This document shows, in pieces, positions 9,285 to 16,400 of a stretch of DNA of 32,000 bases. Made by a program: the position numbers and the translations under genes. Position 1 is the stretch's first letter. Each line of letters begins with the position of its first letter. The notes under the pieces are model-generated. The model saw nothing but the letters and a program-made list of their open reading frames with translations, did not search any database and was not told where the DNA came from. This DNA is from Xanthomonas campestris pv. campestris str. ATCC 33913 (GTDB lineage: Bacteria > Pseudomonadota > Gammaproteobacteria > Xanthomonadales > Xanthomonadaceae): assembly GCF_000007145.1 (NCBI RefSeq), contig NC_003902.1:2456497-2488496 (forward strand), in the 5' to 3' direction.

Positions 9285-9302
9285 TGGAGCGGGAAACGAG
9301 TC
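9285..9302 (-). other. tRNA-Gly 3-prime-end remnant (18 nt, with CCA): putative att scar of an integrative element
   Basis: The minus strand reads GACTCGTTTCCCGCTCCA. The last 16 nt equal the 3-prime end of E. coli tRNA-Gly(GCC) (...GTCTCGTTTCCCGCTCCA). No tRNA body lies upstream of it. Confidence 0.6.
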
Positions 9303-9529
9303 ATGCTTTAGAGCGCTAAGTCGTTGATTCCCAATTACTTTCTTCGCCTCGGTGCTTAGCGAAGGCCTGAATTCTAGCCTTGTTTTTCGCCCTATGCAAC
9401 AAAATTCGTCCAAAGACTTCCATCAAGGTTCAAGGACTGCCATCCGCGTCGTCGCAACGGACGCAGAGCCCTACCGAAAAACGCACCACAGATACGCGAC
9501 ACTACCCGCCTCATGTTGAGCAGTGATCC

Positions 9530-9690
9530 ATGCAACTGAACGTTCGGCGACCCTGAAGGCCTGGGCAAGCGCAAGCAGACCCGGCGCGAGATCTTTTTGG
9601 CAGAGATGGAGCGGGTGGTTCCGTGGCATCACTTGCTCGGGCTGATCACGCCGGACTATGCCGGTGTCGGGGCGGCCAGGTCGGTTGTGG
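9530..9690 (+). pseudogene. IS5-family transposase gene, 5-prime fragment with frameshift
   Basis: ATGCAACTGAACGTTCGGCGAC would encode the MQLTFGD start typical of IS5-group transposases but carries one extra A. The shifted frame reads FGDPEGLGKRKQTRREIFLAEMERVVPWHHLLGLITPDY. Homology is lost after about nt 9690. Confidence 0.65.
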
Positions 9691-9723
9691 ATCAGTCAGA
9701 AGGACTCGGCCATTGGCGGGAGC

Positions 9724-10005
9724 TTATTCATCGAGGCTTTCTTCGGTTTCGACAGCGAGCTCTGCAGCTTCGGGAGCCTGTGCTTCCTGCTCGACAGGAG
9801 TGGCGGCGCGCTCGCTGGCTTCGTCTTCGGACTCGGCGGACTTCGGCTCGGCCTTGTAGACCATGTTGCCGTCGACCTTGATCCAGCTGATATACCGCAG
9901 ACGAGCCTTGACACTGACGCCCTGTTCGCTGGCGCGCTCACCTTTTTCATAGGTGAAGACGTCGGTCCACAGATCGCCCAGGCGAAAGCCGATCAGCACC
10001 TTCTT
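9724..10005 (-). pseudogene. C-terminal fragment of a DUF3577-like (ICE-associated, SSB-like acidic tail) protein, truncated by a MITE
   Basis: The frame reads ...LPNLKKVLIGFRLGDLWTDVFTYEKGERASEQGVSVKARLRYISWIKVDGNMVYKAEPK followed by an acidic tail. It has no true start and runs straight into the MITE end at 10006. The family call is from recollection. Confidence 0.4.
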
Positions 10006-10095
10006 GAGATTAGGCAGGGATTCGTATAAAAAACAGCCAAAAGTGAGCTAACTCACCGTCAATAAAGGATTTTTCACGAATTCCTGCCGAGCCTC
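10006..10095. mobile_element. MITE copy 1 (~90 bp, terminal inverted repeats)
   Basis: GAGATTAGGCAGGGATTCGT...ACGAATTCCTGCCGAGCCTC. The interior (AAAAAACAGCCAAAAGTGAGCTAACT) matches the reverse complement of the element at 26126-26216. Confidence 0.7.
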
Positions 10096-10111
10096 GATTC
10101 GGCGTGCACCT

Positions 10112-10146
10112 GGGGTTACACCCCGGAACCCCAGAAAGAAAGCTGC
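10112..10146 (+). repeat. Tn3-family-type terminal inverted repeat (outer GGGG on the left, element interior to the right)
   Basis: GGGGTTACACCCCGGAACCCCAGAAAGAAAGCTGC. It matches the reverse complement of 23297-23331 at 21 of the first 26 positions, including a 15-nt identical core CCGGAACCCCAGAAA. Confidence 0.55.
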
Positions 10147-10661
10147 CTCGCAGAGCGAGGCCGTGAAAGACTGCGTGCTGTCAGGAAGGAAAACGCCGCT
10201 ACAAGGCAGTCACCCCGGATTATTCAGCGCGGAGGGCAAGGGCATCAGAACTCGTACTTCATCTTTGCGCTTAATGAAGGCGTCGCGCCCTCCTTCCAGA
10301 ATGCTGGCCACCTGATCCCGCTTCCGGCCTCAGCTCGACGAGCTGGGCCGCCTGCATCGGCAATGGCTGTCCGACCTGGACGCCTTCAAAGACTCGCTGC
10401 GCACGCAGGGCGCAGAACCCAAGGTGCTGGAATACGTGAACGAGGCTTTCGGCAATCTGGCCGAGCGCATCAAGCAGCTTGCCAGTTAATCGTCAGGTCG
10501 GTCAACGGAGTGACACGACTGTTGGGTCTACCCCGTGTAACACCCTGACCTTCGTCAAGGATGAGGGATGGAGACACCCATCCCAGCAACGCGGACCCGG
10601 TCGGTGCTATTTAGTCGCTGGCTTGAACCGGCCACTTTTCGCTTGATTACGAGGAGAACTG

Positions 10662-11108
10662 ATGATGTGCATGTCCATGCGTCAATATGCTGCCTGCGTT
10701 GCGCTGCTCGGAAGTTGCGTCTCGCTCGCCCAGGCCGCGCCAACCTGCAACAACCCGGTAGGCGAGTGGAAAAACCAGCTGGGTTCCACACTCACGATCA
10801 CCGCTGTCCATACCTCCGGACAGCTCTTGGGCACGTACATCTCGCCTTCCGGCACCACTGGTGGGGTGTATCCGCTAGTCGGCTGGTTTGCCAACCCGGT
10901 TGCCGGGTCGACGGCATTGAGCAAACTGCCCGCCATCACTTTTTCGGTGCAGTGGGGTAATTACGGCAGCATGACTGCCTGGACCGGCACCTGTGATGCG
11001 TCTGGCGGCGTACCGGCCATCACCACAGTCTGGCACTTGGTGCGGACCGGTTCCCAGTATTCGTGGGACCACATGCTCACCAACAGCGATGTTTTCGTCC
11101 CCAAATGA
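10662..11108 (+). CDS. Secreted avidin/streptavidin-family biotin-binding protein
   Basis: GAGGAG Shine-Dalgarno before the ATG and signal peptide ...CVSLAQA|AP. Collinear with the streptavidin core: WKNQLGSTLTI, GTYISPSG, FSVQW, SMTAWTG, TTVWHL, SWDHML, NSDVF. This keeps the Asn/Ser/Tyr/Trp/Asp biotin-contact positions. There are two Cys residues (TCNNP, GTCDA). Confidence 0.85.
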   Translation: MMCMSMRQYAACVALLGSCVSLAQAAPTCNNPVGEWKNQLGSTLTITAVHTSGQLLGTYISPSGTTGGVYPLVGWFANPVAGSTALSKLPAITFSVQWGNYGSMTAWTGTCDASGGVPAITTVWHLVRTGSQYSWDHMLTNSDVFVPK

Positions 11109-11230
11109 CAGAGAGCTGTCGCCAACAAAACGCCCAGCGCAGAGGCTGGGCGGTTGGTGACAGCTCGCAGTATTCGTGAGACCAAGGTCATAGCCGGTGC
11201 CCCCTGCTCTTCAACCAAAGGAAATGCTCA

Positions 11231-12961
11231 ATGTTGCGATTGAACGGATTACGCGTGTTGTTACGGACGCTGGCGGCAATCGGCGCTTTGCTGACAACGG
11301 CATCGGCGTCGGCCGCCTGCGCCGACCTGCTCGCGCTGTCGCTGCCGTCCACCACAATCAGCAGCGCTACCGACGTGCCCGCCGGTGCCTTCACCGCGCC
11401 GGACGGTACCGTGCTCGACGCACTGCCGGCGTTCTGTCGCGTCGTCGGTGTGTCGCGGCCGGCCAGCGATTCGGAAATCGGGTTCGAGGTGTGGATCCCG
11501 TCCGCAGGCTGGAACCAGAACTACCTGCAGGTCGGTACGGTCGTCTTCGCCGGCAACATTCAATACAGGTCGCTTGGTTTCGCCTTGCGCCGCGGCTATG
11601 CGACCGCAACCACCGATGGCGGCCACCGGGCGTCGATCGGCGATGCGAGCTTTGCGCGCGGCCACCCGCAGAAGATCCTCGACTGGGGCTATCAGGCGCT
11701 GGCCACGACGATCTCCAACGGCAAGGCGCTGGTCTCCGCCTACACGCACCGCGCGCCGCACTATTCCTACTTTTTCGGCGCCTCCAATGGTGGCCGCGAT
11801 GCGCTGATCGCAGCGCAGCGCTTTCCGGGCGCCTTCGACGGCATCATCGCCGATGCGCCTTCCAGCGCCTGGGTCCACAACGCGTTTTCCTGGCTGTGGT
11901 CGCAGGACGCCCAGTTCGGCAGTCCGGCGGCGACTATCTCGGCGGCCAAGCTGCCGGCCATCCAGGCCGCCGCGCTCGCCCAATGCGATGCAAAGGACCA
12001 CACGGCCGACGGCGTGGTCAACGACCCGCGCCGGTGCCGTTTCGATCCCCGCGTGCTGTTGTGCAGCGGTGCCGAGAGCGACGCGTGTCTCACTGCGCCG
12101 CAACTGCAAACGCTCGCCGCCATCCTTGCCGGCCCGGTCAACCCGCGCACCGGCGAGCGCATCTACTACGGTTTCGAGCCGTTCGCAGTCGCCACGCCGG
12201 GGACATGGAACCAGTGGATCACCGGCAACGCCGCCGTTCCCGGCGGGGGCCATGCGGTGCTCGCCAACCAGTTCTTCGCCAACATGGTGTTCGATACCGG
12301 CAGCGCCGGGTTCGACCATACGCAAGTGAACTTCGATACCGATGTCGCCCGCGCCGAACGCAAGCCGGTCGCCGGCCAGCCGCTGGCCAGCGTCATCGAC
12401 GCCACCTCCGCAGATCTGAGCGGATTTCGCGCGCGCAACGGCAAGATGATCCTGTATATCGGCTGGGAAGATCCGGTGGTTCCGCCGCGAGGCGCGATCA
12501 CCTATTACGAATCGGTCGTGGCCAGGCAATGGCTGGACAACCCGCAGATCAGCAGGGCCGAGGATGCGCTTGCGCAGACCCAGCAGTTCTTCCGCCTGTT
12601 CATGGTGCCCGGCATGGGCCACTTCACCGGCGGACCCGGCACGTCGGCCTTCGGCGCGCTGTATGGGCCGCCCGCATTGGCCATCGATCGCCAGCACGAC
12701 GTGTTGGCGGCGATGGAGGCGTGGGTCGAGCAAGGCATCGCCCCGGAACGCATCGTCGCGGCAAAATACGCCAATGACGACCCGGCCAAGGGGGTGGTCC
12801 GCACCCGGCCGCTCTGCCACTATCCGCAATCGGCGGTGTGGATCGGCCAGGGCAGCGCCGAAGATGCGCAGAACTTTATCTGTGTGGACAGTCCGCGCGG
12901 TGCCTACCTCGACGCGGCACCTGCGCGCGCGCCGCTGCCAAGCTCGGCGCAAAGCCGATAA
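11231..12961 (+). CDS. Secreted tannase/feruloyl esterase family hydrolase
   Basis: 576 aa with a signal peptide (LLTTASASAAC). Nucleophile elbow FFGASNGGRDAL (G-x-S-x-G), Cys-rich lid region and MVPGMGHFTGG histidine motif, all characteristic of the tannase/feruloyl esterase family. Confidence 0.8.
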   Translation: MLRLNGLRVLLRTLAAIGALLTTASASAACADLLALSLPSTTISSATDVPAGAFTAPDGTVLDALPAFCRVVGVSRPASDSEIGFEVWIPSAGWNQNYLQVGTVVFAGNIQYRSLGFALRRGYATATTDGGHRASIGDASFARGHPQKILDWGYQALATTISNGKALVSAYTHRAPHYSYFFGASNGGRDALIAAQRFPGAFDGIIADAPSSAWVHNAFSWLWSQDAQFGSPAATISAAKLPAIQAAALAQCDAKDHTADGVVNDPRRCRFDPRVLLCSGAESDACLTAPQLQTLAAILAGPVNPRTGERIYYGFEPFAVATPGTWNQWITGNAAVPGGGHAVLANQFFANMVFDTGSAGFDHTQVNFDTDVARAERKPVAGQPLASVIDATSADLSGFRARNGKMILYIGWEDPVVPPRGAITYYESVVARQWLDNPQISRAEDALAQTQQFFRLFMVPGMGHFTGGPGTSAFGALYGPPALAIDRQHDVLAAMEAWVEQGIAPERIVAAKYANDDPAKGVVRTRPLCHYPQSAVWIGQGSAEDAQNFICVDSPRGAYLDAAPARAPLPSSAQSR

Positions 12962-13186
12962 GTCGGGCGTTCTTGCGCCGCGCCTGGGTATCCAGCTTAG
13001 GGCTGTCCAGGCCCAGGACCGCCATGACCTGCCCCGCCCGGTTGACGCCCAGATCGCTCAAGGTGCCTTCTCCAGGCCGACCAACGTCTTACGAGACAGG
13101 CAGCTCAGGTGCGCCAACTGCGCTTGGGACAGGCCCAGCTCAGCGCGCCGGGTCCGCACGGCATGGCCGATATCGATGAGATTCAT
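12876..13186 (-). pseudogene. XRE/HipB-like helix-turn-helix regulator, frameshifted
   Basis: ATG at 13186 gives MNLIDIGHAVRTRRAELGLSQAQLAHLSCLSRKTLVGLEKAP*, with the stop at 13058-13060. The -1 frame continues TLSDLGVNRAGQVMAVLGLD. A single missing G (AAGGGCACC to AAGGCACC) would restore ...GLEKGTLSDLG.... Confidence 0.65.
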
Positions 13187-13280
13187 GGCAGATGGCAAGC
13201 AAATAAAATGTCTGATATTTTGTAAATACCACCCCTGCGTGCCCTAACCTACAAGAAGCGGATCCGTCGGCCCCGATCTA

Positions 13281-13290
13281 CCCCCCCCCC
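13281..13290. repeat. Homopolymer C10
   Basis: A run of ten C in the divergent intergenic region, about 110 nt upstream of the helicase-nuclease start. Confidence 0.95.
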
Positions 13291-13376
13291 ACGCTGCCAT
13301 AACTCTCATCTGCCGAAATGTCAGGCAATTAGCGCTAATATCGTGGCAGAGCGTAACGGGGCGTAATGCATGTTAC

Positions 13377-13385
13377 GGGGGGGGG
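13377..13385. repeat. Homopolymer G9
   Basis: A run of nine G lying between the two in-frame candidate start codons (13366 and 13402) of the giant ORF. Confidence 0.95.
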
Positions 13386-13401
13386 CACCACAGGGGATTC
13401 C

Positions 13402-16400
13402 ATGGACGAGACACAACCGCAAGCTTCGGCCGTCGCTGCCGAACTGAAGATCGACGTAACCCTGATCGCCAAATTGAACTTGGCGGACTTTCAGAATGCA
13501 GTTCCACTGGTCCGGGACCTCTGGCTGATCAACGAAACCGATCAGGTACATGAGCAGGTCGAGTTAGTCCTGACGTCCGACCCGCCTTTTCTTAAGCCGC
13601 GCCGTTGGCGGATTGATGCGCTGGCAGCAGGCTCCCGCTATCCGATCCGCGATCTGGATGTGAACCTGGATGGTGGACTGCTGGCTCGGCTGACCGAAGC
13701 CGAGACGGCCACGGTTTCTCTGGCATTGCGTTCCGTGGCCGCGGATGCCTCCAACACAGCTCTCGCCCAGCGCGATACCCATCTTGAGCTGCTGCCACGC
13801 AATCAATGGGGCGGCATCTCGCATCTGCCCGACCTGGTCGCCGCGTTCGTTCAGCCCAACGATCCGGCCGTGGATCGGCTACTCAAGCGCACCGCCGAGG
13901 TACTGCGTCAGAACAATCGCAACCCCGCACTGGATGGCTACACCGGCGGCGCCAAGCGCGCCTGGGAACTTGCCTCGGCCCTCTGGGGGGCCACGGCTGG
14001 CATGCAACTGGACTATGCCCTGCCCCCCGCCAGCTTCGAGCAATCGGGCCAGAAGGTGCGCAGCCCCAGCCAGATCGAAAGCTCGGGCCTGGGAACGTGT
14101 TTCGACCTCACGTTGCTGTTCTGCGCCGCACTCGAGCAGGCAGGCTTGAACCCCCTGCTGGTCTTCACCGAGGGCCATGCCTTTGCAGGCGTCTGGCTGC
14201 AATCGGAGGAGTTTTCAAATACGGTCGTCGACGACGTGACCGCATTGCGCAAGCGCCTCAGGCTCAAGGAACTGGTGCTGTTCGAGACCACTCTGATCAC
14301 CCAGCGCCCCACCGTTCCCTTCAGCTATGCCACCGACCGCGGTGCCCAGCAGGTTGACGAATCTCAGGATGCGGGATTCCGCCTGGCCGTGGACATCCGC
14401 CGGGCGCGGCTGCAGCGCATCAAGCCATTGGCCAGTGCAGAAGCGGCAGTTGCTGCGGTGTCAGACAGTGAAGCGACGCTGTCTTCACCCGCCGTATCAG
14501 TGATCGAAGACGCGCCTGACCTTCCCGATAGCCCGCCATTCAAAACAGAAGACGCCAGCCAACTTGATCCCAAGGACCGGTTGCTTCGCTGGCAACGCAA
14601 GCTGCTGGATCTGTCGCTTCGCAACAACTTGCTCAACTTCAAGGCCGGCAAGAAGGCACTCAAACTGGAAGCACCGGACCCCAGCACGCTGGAAGACCTG
14701 CTGGCCAGCGGCCAGTCCCTGAAGCTGCGCCCGCGCCCGGACCTGATGGACGGCGCTGATCCACGCGATCAGGCCATCTACGAAGCCCGTGAACGTGAGA
14801 ACGTGCGCCGCGCGCACGCGCTGGAAGCCCTGCAGAAACGCGAGGTTTTCGTTGGCGTTCCCGAAACCGAGCTCGACTCACGTCTGGTCGATTTGTTTCG
14901 CAGCGCTCGCACGACCTTGCAGGAAGGCGGCGCCAACACGCTTTATCTCGCGCTGGGCTTCCTGTCCTGGACCCGTGAAGACCGTGACGGTCAGCGCTAC
15001 CGCGCCCCCTTGGTCCTGGTGCCGGTCAGCCTGCAGCGCAAGAGTGCTCGCTCGGGCTTCACGCTCAGCCTGCATGACGATGAGCCTCGCTTCAATCCGA
15101 CCTTGATCGAGATGTTGCGTCAGGACTTCGAACTGAACCTGGGCGCGGTCGAAGGCGAACTGCCGCGAGACGATGCCGGCTTGGACGTCACTGCGGTCTG
15201 GAAGGCTGTCGGCCACGCGATCAAGGACATCAAGGGCTGGGAAGTGACCGAGGACGTGGTGTTGTCCATGTTCTCGTTCGCCAAGTACCTGATGTGGAAA
15301 GATCTGGCCGAGCACAGCGAGCAGTTGCGCGAGAACCCGGTCGTGCGCCACCTGCTGGACACCCCGCGCGATGCCTATCCTCCGGGTGCTCCGTTCCCGC
15401 AAGTGCGCGAACTGGACCAGCACTTCGACCCCAAGCAGGTGTTCTGCCCCTTGCCGGCGGATTCCTCGCAGTTGTCGGCCGTGCTGGCCGCCTCGCAGGG
15501 CAAGGACTTCGTGCTGATCGGTCCCCCTGGGACCGGCAAGAGCCAGACCATCGCCAACCTGATCGCCCAATCCCTGGCACAGGGCCGGCGCGTGCTCTTC
15601 GTGTCCGAGAAGATTGCGGCGCTGGACGTCGTCTACCGGCGCCTGCGCGAAATTGGCCTGGGCGAGTTCTGCCTGGAACTGCACTCGAGCAAGGCCCGCA
15701 AGCTCGACGTGCTGGCGCAGTTGCAGTCGGCTTGGTCCAGCAGCGGCCAGACCGATGCCGAGCAATGGCGGGCCGAAGCCGAGAAGCTTAAACGTCTGCG
15801 CGATGCGCTGAACATCTATGTGGAACGCCTTCACCAGCGTCGCCGCAACGGCCTGAGCCTGTTTGATGCTATCGGCACCGTCAGCGCGGGACACGACATC
15901 CCGACACTCCCCTTGGCCTGGCTCTCGGCCGATCAGCACGATCATGCCGGCATCGACCAGTTGCGCAGTGCCGTGGACCGCTTGGAAGTCAATGCACAAG
16001 CCATTGGCCATGCCGCGCTGGCGCAGCACCCCTTGGCGCTGGTCGGCCATAGAGACTGGTCGCCCACCTGGCAACAGCAACTGATCGCCGCTGCGCGTGA
16101 CGTGCTTCCCGCCGCCCAGGCGACAATCGAGTCAGCCCACGCGTTTGTCCAGGCCATTGGCCTGCCCTCGCCCTTGTTGACGCCCGAAACCTGCGAAGCG
16201 CTACTGCTCCTCGCCCAACGTCTCACTTTGGCAGCGGGACACGATTGGCGCTTTGTCCTGCGGCCCGACGCACGCAGCCTGAGCCAACGCCTGCAGGAAG
16301 GTGCGGCACGGGTGCGCCGCCATGCGGAACTGAACACGCTGCTGTCCACGCCGTGGCCCGCTTCCGTCATAACCGCCTGCGCCGACGGGCTGGCCCTGCT

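Noticed and set aside
10316-10488. Start-less 57-codon frame (…QLDELGRLHRQWLSDLDAFKDSLRTQGAEPKVLEYVNEAFGNLAERIKQLAS*) just inside the left Tn3-type repeat.
   Set aside because: The coiled-coil-like peptide looks plausible, but it has no start codon, there is an in-frame stop at 10313-10315 and I recognise no family. It is probably a gene remnant and is not called as a feature.
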